Positions 33,504 through 42,898 of a stretch of DNA of 64,000 bases are shown here, in pieces. The position numbers and the translations under genes were made by a program. Under the pieces are notes generated by a model. It was not told where the DNA came from. It ran no database searches and worked only from the letters and a program-made list of their open reading frames with translations. The stretch is from a virus, in IMG/VR virus record IMGVR_UViG_3300045988_069682, positions 4,222 through 68,221 of that record, one strand, 5' to 3'. Each line of letters opens with the position of its first letter. The stretch's first letter is position 1.

Positions 33504-33998
33504 CTACATTGTAATCTTCTCAATATCAGCCTTGTTCTGTGCCGCTTCTATTTTTTCTTTTGCTGCACGGTAGGCAGTATGCAAAGCATTACTACGCACC
33601 GCAACAGCGGCGATAACCATGCGCAAGTCATTAGCTGTCACTTTAACATCTTGATTATCCGCCGTAGTCCAGTCAATGGACGCATCCTCGCCTTGTAACG
33701 ATAAGGCAATGATAGCTGCATTGATGCGGTCTCTCGCTTTGTCGTCATAGTCGAAGCTATGACCGCCATATTCAATCGGTTCAACCTCGGCAGTGTCACG
33801 CTGACGCTTTAACATCAAGATTTTACGCTGTTTTACGTTTTCAATAGGTTCTTCCTCATGCGTAACGGTTACGCCTAATTCTGTTAAAGCCTCGTCACCG
33901 ATTGACAGAGGGATGAAAATGCCGTCTTTGCCTAGTGCTTCTGAAAGTTCGTATAAGCTAGGGTAGGCCTCTGCTTTATATGTATAAGTTGTATTCAT
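33504..33998 (-). CDS. DUF4376-like fibre-associated protein
   Basis: ATG at 33998 with an AGAGGTG RBS. ...EYGGHSFDYDDKARDRINAAIIAL...IDWTTADNQDVKVTANDLRMVIAAVAVR... Confidence 0.5.
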   Translation of the reverse strand: MNTTYTYKAEAYPSLYELSEALGKDGIFIPLSIGDEALTELGVTVTHEEEPIENVKQRKILMLKRQRDTAEVEPIEYGGHSFDYDDKARDRINAAIIALSLQGEDASIDWTTADNQDVKVTANDLRMVIAAVAVRSNALHTAYRAAKEKIEAAQNKADIEKITM

Positions 33999-34008
33999 CA
34001 AATCACCT

Positions 34009-34443
34009 CTAGTTAAACACAATTTCGACTTTAAATTTCTTACCGACGTTGGCGGTAGTAAACATACTAGAGATACTGGACGGCACACGTTGCACATAGG
34101 TGTAAAAGCCTGTTGCAGCACTTTGATATGATATTTTACCAACAGCAAGGGGTACGGTAACACCTGTTTCCATAGGCGTGATATTTAACGCAATATTACG
34201 ACTACCACTCGTCACACCTTCCTCTTTAAAGGCAACGTCAAGCCAACCGCCGTAATAAGACAATATAACAAGAGTAACGGCTCTGCCATCGTGTGTAACA
34301 TTGCCTGTAACTTCACCATAGTAACCACTGTTGGCATTATATCCATATTGACCACTTTTAGTTCCCATAGTCATAATGAATACATTCTCATCAACATCAC
34401 CGCCACCAGTGCGCTTTACCATAAATAAACGATTAAGTCCCAT
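34009..34443 (-). CDS. hypothetical fibre-module protein
   Basis: 144-aa beta-rich ORF. Confidence 0.55.
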   Translation of the reverse strand: MGLNRLFMVKRTGGGDVDENVFIMTMGTKSGQYGYNANSGYYGEVTGNVTHDGRAVTLVILSYYGGWLDVAFKEEGVTSGSRNIALNITPMETGVTVPLAVGKISYQSAATGFYTYVQRVPSSISSMFTTANVGKKFKVEIVFN

Positions 34444-34455
34444 ATTACACCACCT

Positions 34456-35262
34456 CTACGATAACTTAGATGCTTGTACGATGCTTGTTTTGTTACCACT
34501 ATCATCTAATGTTATAAAGATATTAAGTAATAAACCTGCACTCGTAATCGCTAAATCAGATGAGTTACCAGTGTATTTTAGTGTGCCACCATTAGTTATA
34601 GTTAGAGGATAATCAGCATTAGCTTTGATATATGCAGTAAAGACTAATGATTGTCCTATGTTTAATAGAGATGAGAAGTTTGCTAAGTCTAAAGCGAAAC
34701 TACCTGTTGCATTGTACACAGCCGTAACGCTAGAAGGTTTTACAGAATTTCCATTAGCGTAAGTAGTTTTATATTTTTCTACACCCAGCAAGGCTAAATT
34801 AAACGACTGCTGAGCCGTCCACACATTCTGTGTAGACGTGCTTACTCCACCACCACCGCTGATTGCAATAGTTACGTTACCATTGCTGTCGGGTTTTGTA
34901 CCATTAACACTTTTGACATAGCCGTCCAACGATTGATGCTGTGTCAAATAACCTGCATCGTTAGTAAATGCTGACACATTACTCGGCACAATCGGTATTG
35001 TTGGCTTGTCGCTAAGGTCATTATAGCTGCCCGACGTTGCAACGTTAGCCAATCCAGTAATCATACTTGCCGGGTGCGTTAACGGATGCTCGTAAACCGT
35101 ATCCGTAAATTTAGCGTTTTTAGGCACGGCTGTTTCCACTGTCAGTCCGTTTACCTTAGCGGCGTTTACTGCCGTGTCATTTTTACCCAACTTCTCGACA
35201 AGCATTGCCTTGATTTTGCTGTAAAAATAAGCAAGGCCGTCTAAATCTACCAATTTTGCCAT
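34456..35262 (-). CDS. tail-fibre protein
   Basis: MAKLVDLDGLAYFYSKIK... and VATSGSYNDLSDKPTIP are motifs common in Firmicutes phage fibres. GGAGGTG RBS. Confidence 0.6.
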   Translation of the reverse strand: MAKLVDLDGLAYFYSKIKAMLVEKLGKNDTAVNAAKVNGLTVETAVPKNAKFTDTVYEHPLTHPASMITGLANVATSGSYNDLSDKPTIPIVPSNVSAFTNDAGYLTQHQSLDGYVKSVNGTKPDSNGNVTIAISGGGGVSTSTQNVWTAQQSFNLALLGVEKYKTTYANGNSVKPSSVTAVYNATGSFALDLANFSSLLNIGQSLVFTAYIKANADYPLTITNGGTLKYTGNSSDLAITSAGLLLNIFITLDDSGNKTSIVQASKLS

Positions 35263-35263
35263 A

Positions 35264-35932
35264 TCAAATATCACCTCCGTAGGCTATCAGGACAAAACCG
35301 CCTGTACCGTTCATACCGCCAGCACCGCCTACAGTTATAGCATAGCTTTGCCCAGCGGTAACGCTGACATACTGCGAGTCATAGCCGCCAGAGCCGCCAT
35401 ATTGTCCACCTCTGCCGTATGTACCCTTGTTTATGTCAAACGACATTAAAAAGCCGTCTGTTATGCTGTTGCCTTTAGACGCATGACCATTAGGAGTGCC
35501 GCCGTCACCTTTGCTCCATGCCACGCCAGCTCCATAACCACCTGTTACAGTAACGCCGAACGCTGACGTATTGCCGCCGTCTTTGCCGTTGCCGCCTAAG
35601 CCACCTTTACCAGCTCCACCGCCACATACAGCGACACGCATACGAGATACGCCGCTAGGGACAGTAAACGTATAATCGCCAGCATCAGTCCAATATTTTT
35701 CGGTGTACGGCATGTTGACAGCCGCTGTGTGCTGTGTAGCGATTGCATACGTCACGCCGTTTATGCTGACACGTCCTGCTGTAGCGTTTGCATCAGTAAC
35801 GTCTTTTAAAGCAACATAGCCGTTACCGACTCTTAACGCTTTGTCACCTGCTTCCGCAGCCGTAGAGTAAATATTGCAGGCAGCCGTTGAGCTGCCTTTT
35901 TTTATGTATAATTTCTGAGATAAAATACTCAT
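35264..35932 (-). CDS. glycine-rich fibre-associated protein
   Basis: VCGGGAGKGGLGGNGKDGGN...GGQYGGSGGYDS...GGAGGMNGTGG. Confidence 0.6.
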   Translation of the reverse strand: MSILSQKLYIKKGSSTAACNIYSTAAEAGDKALRVGNGYVALKDVTDANATAGRVSINGVTYAIATQHTAAVNMPYTEKYWTDAGDYTFTVPSGVSRMRVAVCGGGAGKGGLGGNGKDGGNTSAFGVTVTGGYGAGVAWSKGDGGTPNGHASKGNSITDGFLMSFDINKGTYGRGGQYGGSGGYDSQYVSVTAGQSYAITVGGAGGMNGTGGFVLIAYGGDI

Positions 35933-37849
35933 TTAAGCCACCCAAATTGTGCCACCGGGAATGTTCAATGTGTCGGTTACAGTAAGCGTTTTTACTGTAA
36001 CGCTATCGCCGCTGGGGATTGTGCCTGTACCTGCTAATGCAAGCGCATTGTCAATCTCGCTGTTCGTAGCAACCTCTACATTAACAGTGTTTCCTGTACC
36101 CTGTTCACCTTTGTCACCTTTCGCACCTTGCGGAATGGTGAAATCAAGCACCGCCGCCGATGCAGTACCGCTGTTGGTAACTGTTGCCGCTGTTCCTGCC
36201 GCACCCGTGGTAACAGTGCCGACTTTGATTGTAGCTGCCGTACCCGCTGCACCTGTTGCACCTTGGATACCCTGTGGGCCTTGAATGCCTTGCAAACCTT
36301 GTTCGCCCTGTTGGCCTTGGTCGCCTTTGTCGCCTTTGGGAATTACGAAATTCAAGATGACCTCTGATGCTGTGCCGCTATTGGTAACAGATACTGCCGA
36401 ACCAGCATTGCCTGTGCTGACAGTACCCACCTTGATTGTGGCGGCTGTGCCAACTGCACCCGTCGCGCCCGTCGCACCCTGTAAACCTTGCGGCCCTCTT
36501 TCGCCTGTATCGCCTTTAGGGCCAGTATCGCCCTTTGGGCCTTTCAGTGCGGCTAACTGCTCCTGCGTGAAGTCGGCATAAGTGAAAGCATCGCCCTTCT
36601 CACCTTTAGCTCCTTGTGGGCCTGTTGCACCTCTTTCGCCTGTCGCACCCTTCTCACCTTGGATGCCACGTAAGCCTTGTGGGCCTGTGTCACCTTTATC
36701 ACCCTTCGGGCCTTGGATGTTGCCGCAGTCAATCCATTCTGTGCCAGACCACGCATAGAGGTTAACGCCAACCATATATGCGTCACCTTCGTTGCCTTTA
36801 GGATGTGCAGCAATTAAAGCGGACAACGAATCATATCTGCCTTTGATTGTAACGCCTGTACCCTGTTCGCCTTTATCACCCTTCGGGCCTTGCGGGCCTG
36901 TTGCGCCCTGCGGGCCTCTCTCGCCTTGCGGGCCTGTCGCTCCTGTTGCGCCTTGCAAACCACGCAGACCACGTTCGCCTTGTGGGCCTTGTAAACCTGT
37001 GTCACCTTTAGGCCCTTGCTCGCCTCGTGGGCCTTGCAAACCAGTATCGCCTTTAGGCCCTTTTAAAGCAGCAAGCTGTGCCGCAGTGAAGTCGGTGTAT
37101 TTGAAAGCATCGCCCTTCTCACCTTTCTCGCCACGCAGACCTTGCAAGCCTTGCGGCCCTTGCTCGCCACGTTCACCTCTGGCACCAGTTGCACCTGCCT
37201 CGCCTTTAGCACCCTGTTCGCCCTTTTCGCCACGCTCGCCTTTGACATTTACCGGGGCAGGATTTGCAAGACCTGCTTTGTTCGTCCATGTCATTACGCC
37301 GTCAGCATCTACGGACGGGATAAAGACATTTACAGACTCGCTATACTCTTTAGCCTTATCAGCATACCCCTTGGCGTTTTTCTCGCTCACAGCGGCGTTC
37401 TGTGCGCTCTCAACAGCCTTGTCTACTTCTACGCCTGCGTTCTCTACCTTGTCTGCGTACTCTTTTACCTTTGCCAACGTGTCGACAAGAAATGTGTTAG
37501 TCAGTCTTGTTTCTGAGCCTGTTGGGTTTTCTTCAAACTCGTTGCTACTGACCCGCACCGCCTTATCACTCGTTGTTGCGATAACCTCGCCTTCGTTTGC
37601 CTTGCCTACTACTGTAAGTTGAAACTGTCCTTGCGTTCTCGCGCACTCATAAGGCACGATGCACTTGCCGTCTACGATTGCAACTTCGTATGTCTTGTTG
37701 TCCCTCGCAAACAACGCCCATTTGTCGATGTTGTTCCAATCGTCGGAGAACGTGAACAACAACTGTACAAAGTTCTTGCTTCCCTCTGTTACATATGCGT
37801 CTGACGTTCTTGTAAGCCGCATACCGTCAATTTCAAATTCTATCTGCAT
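35933..37849 (-). CDS. collagen-like tail fibre
   Basis: Long G-X-Y tracts ([43 protein letters not shown]...). ATG at 37849 with a GAGGTG RBS. Confidence 0.85.
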   Translation of the reverse strand: MQIEFEIDGMRLTRTSDAYVTEGSKNFVQLLFTFSDDWNNIDKWALFARDNKTYEVAIVDGKCIVPYECARTQGQFQLTVVGKANEGEVIATTSDKAVRVSSNEFEENPTGSETRLTNTFLVDTLAKVKEYADKVENAGVEVDKAVESAQNAAVSEKNAKGYADKAKEYSESVNVFIPSVDADGVMTWTNKAGLANPAPVNVKGERGEKGEQGAKGEAGATGARGERGEQGPQGLQGLRGEKGEKGDAFKYTDFTAAQLAALKGPKGDTGLQGPRGEQGPKGDTGLQGPQGERGLRGLQGATGATGPQGERGPQGATGPQGPKGDKGEQGTGVTIKGRYDSLSALIAAHPKGNEGDAYMVGVNLYAWSGTEWIDCGNIQGPKGDKGDTGPQGLRGIQGEKGATGERGATGPQGAKGEKGDAFTYADFTQEQLAALKGPKGDTGPKGDTGERGPQGLQGATGATGAVGTAATIKVGTVSTGNAGSAVSVTNSGTASEVILNFVIPKGDKGDQGQQGEQGLQGIQGPQGIQGATGAAGTAATIKVGTVTTGAAGTAATVTNSGTASAAVLDFTIPQGAKGDKGEQGTGNTVNVEVATNSEIDNALALAGTGTIPSGDSVTVKTLTVTDTLNIPGGTIWVA

Positions 37850-37863
37850 TGTTTCACCTCGCT

Positions 37864-38670
37864 TTAACAAATAGTCCCTATTAACCAGCCGTAATTATAC
37901 CAAGCGTCAAATTCGTAAAACCCTCCGTACTCTGGCCCTCCGTTATCTGGATACGTCCATTCCCCTGTATCTGGGTTATATTCTGGAGCTTGACTGTCGC
38001 CTGTCCAAAATGTGTTGAAAAATCTAGGCACAATACTTACTACTTGATTTTTTAAAATATATGTTGGCCTTTTATGGCTTTCTACGCCTTGCGGTGATAT
38101 ATGAGCGGCTTGTTGGTAAAGCTCATAGTAATAATCTTCTCCTAAATTGCACGCAATTATTGGCTTTTCGCTCGCAGTAGAAATGTTATCTTTTTCTTCG
38201 CTTCCACATTTCAAGACGTTTATATAGGGCCGTTCAGAAGAAAAGACTATTTCGTTCTTATCGTTTATTATTTCAAGCCCAGTGCCGTGTTCGCTAGGTG
38301 TTCTCGTGGCATGGTTAAAGATATACAGTGTCGACGTTGCTATAATATCATCTCTTTCGATAGCAACTATGCCAACTTGTGCTACTGCACTTCCGTCACC
38401 AAAAAAACGAATAGTGTTTCCGATAGCTAAATAGGAAAACGGCACTTCGCTAGTTATTCCATTTAAACTTATCCCAACCAACGCATTGTCCGGTATCGAA
38501 TGGCCAGTTGGAAATTCATAATAATAATTGTGCCATCCCGCCGTGTTACCAGACATATCTTTCTTCTTGCACTGTGATAACGGAAAACTGTCAACTACTT
38601 CCATGCAAGCAAATTTATCGTCGATAACGACTCTTTTATCATCGCCTATAACTTCAAGATAAGTGCTCAT
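37864..38670 (-). CDS. hypothetical fibre-module protein
   Basis: Start MSTYLEV is ATGA-coupled to the upstream stop. 268 aa. Confidence 0.55.
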   Translation of the reverse strand: MSTYLEVIGDDKRVVIDDKFACMEVVDSFPLSQCKKKDMSGNTAGWHNYYYEFPTGHSIPDNALVGISLNGITSEVPFSYLAIGNTIRFFGDGSAVAQVGIVAIERDDIIATSTLYIFNHATRTPSEHGTGLEIINDKNEIVFSSERPYINVLKCGSEEKDNISTASEKPIIACNLGEDYYYELYQQAAHISPQGVESHKRPTYILKNQVVSIVPRFFNTFWTGDSQAPEYNPDTGEWTYPDNGGPEYGGFYEFDAWYNYGWLIGTIC

Positions 38671-38954
38671 ATTATTCCATACCTTATCTTTGTGCCAAGT
38701 TGATTTTTCCAAAATATCCTATACCCGGTATCATCTATGCGCAAAATAGGATATGCGTCATTACTAGGTTTGTATACTGGAGATACGTTGCTGAGAATTA
38801 TGTACCACAGCTTATTGTTAGGATAGCCTATGCCAGCACTTGTGATTTCTCCGCTACCTTGCAGAGTAGCTTGTCCTAATGTCCTTGTGATATTGCTGTT
38901 AGTATCTAACTTTACGCTTCCGTCTGCATTGTTTATTACTAAACCTTGAGCCAT
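38667..38954 (-). CDS. hypothetical protein
   Basis: ATG at 38954 overlaps the upstream TGA (TGATG). 95 aa. Confidence 0.5.
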   Translation of the reverse strand: MAQGLVINNADGSVKLDTNSNITRTLGQATLQGSGEITSAGIGYPNNKLWYIILSNVSPVYKPSNDAYPILRIDDTGYRIFWKNQLGTKIRYGII

Positions 38955-41329
38955 CACCACACCCCCATTTTTACGCGCAGTACATTATTTTCGTCATATA
39001 TGCGTATCAAATTATCTTTGAGTTCCATTCTTGCTCCTGTATCGGCAGTTTTCAATTCGCCAATCCTAGCAGTTATCGCAGATAACGTGTTAACGTCAAT
39101 CTTATCAGCCGTCACAGCTCCTGCTTGAATTTGGAAAGAAGTGACTGCATTAGAATCAATCTTACTAGAAGTTATCGTGTTCGCCGCTATCTTGTCACCG
39201 ATAACGCTTCCTGCCTGTATAGCGTCAGAAGTTACACTGTCAGCGGCTAACTTCTCTGCGGTAATAGCTCCTGCTTCGATTTTGTCAGCGGTTACTGCTC
39301 CTGCGGCAATTTTAGTCGACGTGATAGCATTGGCCTGTATCTTTGCAGACGATACGGAGTTAGCCTTTAAGTGCTCCAGTGCGATACTTTCGGCAGCTAT
39401 CATGCCGCCTACGATAACATTTTTGTCAAACACTGTATCGCCTGTGATATGCACTTTGTTGCCGTCGATTACAATACCTTCCGTTGATACGTTGATAGCA
39501 TTGATAACGCCGTCTTTCTTGACGCAAAGCAGAATATCATCTTGCAGTTGGTTGATAGATGAGTAATTGCAGTCGGCAGGTTTTTTGTTCAGTTCCGTAA
39601 CCACGCTTGTAATACTGTTAGCGTTCTGTACGATTGCTGAGCCTTGCTTATCAATCGTTGCACCTTGCTTATCAACCTTTGTAACGATGCTGGTAATATT
39701 GTCAGCGTTGGCTTGGATAGATGCCTTGTTTCCTTTCACGTCCTCTACAATAGCGGTAATACTCTTGGCGTTCTGCTCTATGGCAGAAGCGTTGCCTTTA
39801 ACGTCCATAGCGATTGTAGATATGCTGTTGGCGTTCTGTTGAATAGCCGTGCCGTGGGTTTTTAAAGTACCCTCTGCATCGTCTACACGCTTAACCACGC
39901 TTGTAATAGAGTCGGCGTTCTGCTGAATAGAAGAAGTGTTAGTGCTGATTGTACCCTCGTTGACTGTTACTCTTTTGGCTAGTGCCGTAATATCAGCAGC
40001 GGTCTGCACGATAGCAGTACCCTGTGTGGTTACTGTACCCTCTATGCCCTCCACTTTCTCATTCAAGCCGTTTACTTTAGTCATAACGCTTGAAATACTG
40101 TCAGCGTTTTGATGTATGCCGTTGGCGTTAGCGTCAATCAGCTTGTTAGCCTCGTTGATAGCCGTGGTATTATCAGTAATCAGCTTTTTCAGTGCATCGT
40201 TGATGCTAGGCTGATTGTTAGCCTTGTCGATAGCATCCTGCGTAAATTTATCAAACTTGGTATAGTCAATAGTCGGCACTTGCCCTATATCAATGCCAGC
40301 CTTGCAGTCCGCTTCGCTCGTATCGCTCCATTCGCCGTCACCCAATGGGTCGACAAAGCAATACTTAACAGTGATATGCCCGATGAAGAAGAAGTAGATA
40401 TACTCGCTGTTGACAGTATAGAAATCATCCTCAACGGTTTCTTTGCTATCCTTAGTCTTGATGTGAATCTTGTAGCCTGTTGCGCCCAGCGGTAAGCCTT
40501 GCATTTTGATACGAACGCCGTCAATCGTGCTTGTTAACTGCGGGGCAGTCGGCTTTTGCGGCAATGCTTTACTGAACTCATGGACTGCGGGTTCGCTATA
40601 CTCACCGAAGATGTTACGGATATACAGATATGCCGTACCGCTTCTGACACCGGGATTGGCTCTGCTCCACGTTTCTCGTGTGCTGTCTAATCTCTTGTCA
40701 TTCCAGACACCGGGGTTCTGGTCTAAACGCAGCTCAAAGAAATCTATGTATTCGTTAGGCTCAAACTGCCACTTCCATAACGGGCCTTTCTCGTCCCACG
40801 TCAGTACAAACTGTGTCGGCGGGTTAGGGATATACTGACTGCCTTGGATTTTGATGCTGGCTTGCGGAGCTGTGTCAAAGTCGGCTGTGTTGCCCTTGGT
40901 GTTTACCGCTACTACTTTGATATAGTACGTCAAGCCTGTTGTAGCGCCGCTATAAACAAACTGTGTGCCGCTGCTCTCTCCTGCCTTCTCCCACGCCTTG
41001 TCCGTAGCCGTTCTGAACCACACCTCGGCTTTAGCATAGTTGGTTACAGTAGTCTTTACCCACGACACCTGTATAGAGTTGATGCGAACGCCGTCAGTTA
41101 TCGAATGTAGCTCTAATAACTGTACACTGCTGACGTGTCCGGGTTTTTCGCCTGTTCCGGATGTGCTGTCGTCAATCTTTTTGTTCGTCAGCAAGCCAGA
41201 TTTAACGAGATAGTTTTTCAACGCAGCTACAAAAACCTTGCCGTCGCCGCTGACGTTGTTGGGGATATTGGTCAATATTTGTTTTATTTGCGCCTCGTCA
41301 AGCGCGTTGTTGTTTTCTTTATCAGCCAT
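38954..41329 (-). CDS. large fibre/spike protein with FN3-like domain and internal repeats
   Basis: FN3-like VQLLELHS...IQVSWVKT...YYIKVVAVN. Four I(Q/V/E)(Q/A)NA(D/K/N)SITS(V/I)V repeats, followed by many xAITxxKIxAG repeats. The start is ambiguous (ATG 41329 or GTG 41338). Confidence 0.7.
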   Translation of the reverse strand: MADKENNNALDEAQIKQILTNIPNNVSGDGKVFVAALKNYLVKSGLLTNKKIDDSTSGTGEKPGHVSSVQLLELHSITDGVRINSIQVSWVKTTVTNYAKAEVWFRTATDKAWEKAGESSGTQFVYSGATTGLTYYIKVVAVNTKGNTADFDTAPQASIKIQGSQYIPNPPTQFVLTWDEKGPLWKWQFEPNEYIDFFELRLDQNPGVWNDKRLDSTRETWSRANPGVRSGTAYLYIRNIFGEYSEPAVHEFSKALPQKPTAPQLTSTIDGVRIKMQGLPLGATGYKIHIKTKDSKETVEDDFYTVNSEYIYFFFIGHITVKYCFVDPLGDGEWSDTSEADCKAGIDIGQVPTIDYTKFDKFTQDAIDKANNQPSINDALKKLITDNTTAINEANKLIDANANGIHQNADSISSVMTKVNGLNEKVEGIEGTVTTQGTAIVQTAADITALAKRVTVNEGTISTNTSSIQQNADSITSVVKRVDDAEGTLKTHGTAIQQNANSISTIAMDVKGNASAIEQNAKSITAIVEDVKGNKASIQANADNITSIVTKVDKQGATIDKQGSAIVQNANSITSVVTELNKKPADCNYSSINQLQDDILLCVKKDGVINAINVSTEGIVIDGNKVHITGDTVFDKNVIVGGMIAAESIALEHLKANSVSSAKIQANAITSTKIAAGAVTADKIEAGAITAEKLAADSVTSDAIQAGSVIGDKIAANTITSSKIDSNAVTSFQIQAGAVTADKIDVNTLSAITARIGELKTADTGARMELKDNLIRIYDENNVLRVKMGVW

Positions 41330-41346
41330 ATCCTTCACCGCCTAAA

Positions 41347-41832
41347 CTACGCTCTCGCACTGTATGCTGATTCTATAATATCCATCAAAGAACTGTTCAA
41401 ACCTTGGTCTTGAGACACATTCAGTCGCTGCTGATTCATAAGCAGAATCACAGTCAAAGTTACAATGACGTTGTTTGTTACTGTGTCGTCGTAAGGCATT
41501 TCTTCGTTCTCTGCACCCGTAATATTGGGTGCTTTATAAAAATACTTCATGGTGTAATCTTTGACATTGGTATCGAGAAACTTGATTGTTTTGCCAGTAA
41601 TCTTGATGGGTAAAATGCCACACGCCTTAATATAATCATTTGGCAACGTATCGCCGTTTCTGATTACAACGTCCTTGATGGCAATAGGATTGCCAGAACC
41701 AACAAAGTAAAGTCCGATGTAGTTTATGGCTTGGTTGATGTAGCTGACAATCTCGTCATCGTCGAAATCACCAACACCTTCTTTATCGTTAATGCGATTG
41801 CGAATATCTTGAATAATTGCTTTAACTAACAT
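41347..41832 (-). CDS. head-tail adaptor-like protein (paralog B)
   Basis: IIQDIRNRI...DDEIVSYINQAINYI...TLPNDYI shares a pattern with the upstream gene. Confidence 0.45.
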   Translation of the reverse strand: MLVKAIIQDIRNRINDKEGVGDFDDDEIVSYINQAINYIGLYFVGSGNPIAIKDVVIRNGDTLPNDYIKACGILPIKITGKTIKFLDTNVKDYTMKYFYKAPNITGAENEEMPYDDTVTNNVIVTLTVILLMNQQRLNVSQDQGLNSSLMDIIESAYSARA

Positions 41833-41843
41833 GCTTCCTCCTT

Positions 41844-42413
41844 CTATACCATAAACGGCATCTTGATGCGAGCATGAGAATAGCGACGCATCGGCACGAT
41901 ATTCTGAATCGCTTCCTCGATGCCGCTCAGCATTTCTTCGTTGCTGTTGCTTAACGCAGCAAAAGCAAAGTTGCGCACCAATGATTCAAAAACAAGCGGC
42001 AAATCAATTTCATCGTTAGCGCTCTCCACTTCTTCGAGGCGCTTGCGATAATGCACCGTAAAATCTGGTACGCCACTGTAAATCTTGCTCCCGACGATTT
42101 TGTACTCATCAAACTTTGGGGTTTCGGTGGATGGTACTACCGCAAGCGGTCTGCCGCATTGCAAGTCGTTCATACCTACCAGTGTCACAAAATCATATGG
42201 TAAGGTTGCACCCTTCTGCATCTGCTCCGAGGTAAGGTGATACTCTTTGACCTTTTCCAGAAAATCGCTGTTGCGTAAAGCATAAGACGCATTTAAATAT
42301 TCGATAACATCGTTTATAGCATTGATAATCTGATAATCACTATATTTAATTTCGTCAAAGTCCATAGCCTTTAGACGGATTTTACGGATTAGTTTGGAAA
42401 CCTCGATTGCCAT
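41844..42413 (-). CDS. head-tail adaptor-like protein (paralog A)
   Basis: LIRKIRLKA...SDYQIINAINDVIEYL...TLPYDFV. Position is downstream of the capsid gene. Confidence 0.45.
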   Translation of the reverse strand: MAIEVSKLIRKIRLKAMDFDEIKYSDYQIINAINDVIEYLNASYALRNSDFLEKVKEYHLTSEQMQKGATLPYDFVTLVGMNDLQCGRPLAVVPSTETPKFDEYKIVGSKIYSGVPDFTVHYRKRLEEVESANDEIDLPLVFESLVRNFAFAALSNSNEEMLSGIEEAIQNIVPMRRYSHARIKMPFMV

Positions 42414-42424
42414 GTTGCTTCACC

Positions 42425-42739
42425 TCAAAAATATTTCTTTGGAATCAACGGAGCATACTCGCGATGCACCTCAAAAAACTTCTGCACATACTTCGTGTAC
42501 TCGCCGTTATCTCCGGCAGCCAAAGCTCTTTTAGCGGTAACAAGCCACGGGTCGTAGTTCCACATTTCGGGTGGGATGTAACCCATAACCCTGACCTCAA
42601 AACCGTCCTTGCCTACCGCTCTGCCGCCGCCTTCGCGTTCGGTCATGCGGGCTACCTCGGCGGCAACACTATGGTCAAATTTGTTGACAACGTGAATTTT
42701 CTTTTCGCCGTCAATATATACTTTCTGGTCTACTAACAT
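42425..42739 (-). CDS. hypothetical head-associated protein
   Basis: 104-aa ORF after the capsid gene and the tRNA. Confidence 0.55.
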   Translation of the reverse strand: MLVDQKVYIDGEKKIHVVNKFDHSVAAEVARMTEREGGGRAVGKDGFEVRVMGYIPPEMWNYDPWLVTAKRALAAGDNGEYTKYVQKFFEVHREYAPLIPKKYF

Positions 42740-42762
42740 TGTTTCGCCCTCCGTGTTTTAGT

Positions 42763-42838
42763 TGGAGCTGGTGACAGGAATCGAACCCGCAACCTAGTGC
42801 TTACAAGGCACTTGCACTACCAGTTGTGCTACACCAGC
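42763..42838 (-). tRNA. tRNA-Thr (anticodon UGU), CCA encoded
   Basis: The minus strand reads GCTGGTG-TA-GCAC-AACTGGTA-GTGC-A-AGTGC-CTTGTAA-GCACT-AGGTT-GCGGG-TTCGATT-CCTGT-CACCAGC-T-CCA. The acceptor, D and anticodon stems are perfect. The T stem has two G-U pairs. Confidence 0.8.
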
Positions 42839-42846
42839 ATATTAAA

Positions 42847-42872
42847 TAACCGCCCCGAAACCGAGGCGGTTA
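42847..42872 (-). terminator. hairpin after the capsid gene
   Basis: TAACCGCC-N10-GGCGGTTA, followed by TTTAAT on the minus strand. Confidence 0.4.
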
Positions 42873-42898
42873 AAGTGGTCGAAATCGACTAGGTTAGA

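Noticed and set aside
35949-37622. Plus-strand and alternative-frame ORFs across the collagen-like gene
   Set aside because: They are an artefact of the GGN-NNN-NNN periodicity, which keeps several frames open. Only the G-X-Y frame has an RBS and operon context.
35933-41329. Diversity-generating retroelement targeting the fibre genes
   Set aside because: There is no reverse transcriptase ORF anywhere in the window, and no template/variable repeat pair with A-specific mismatches was seen.
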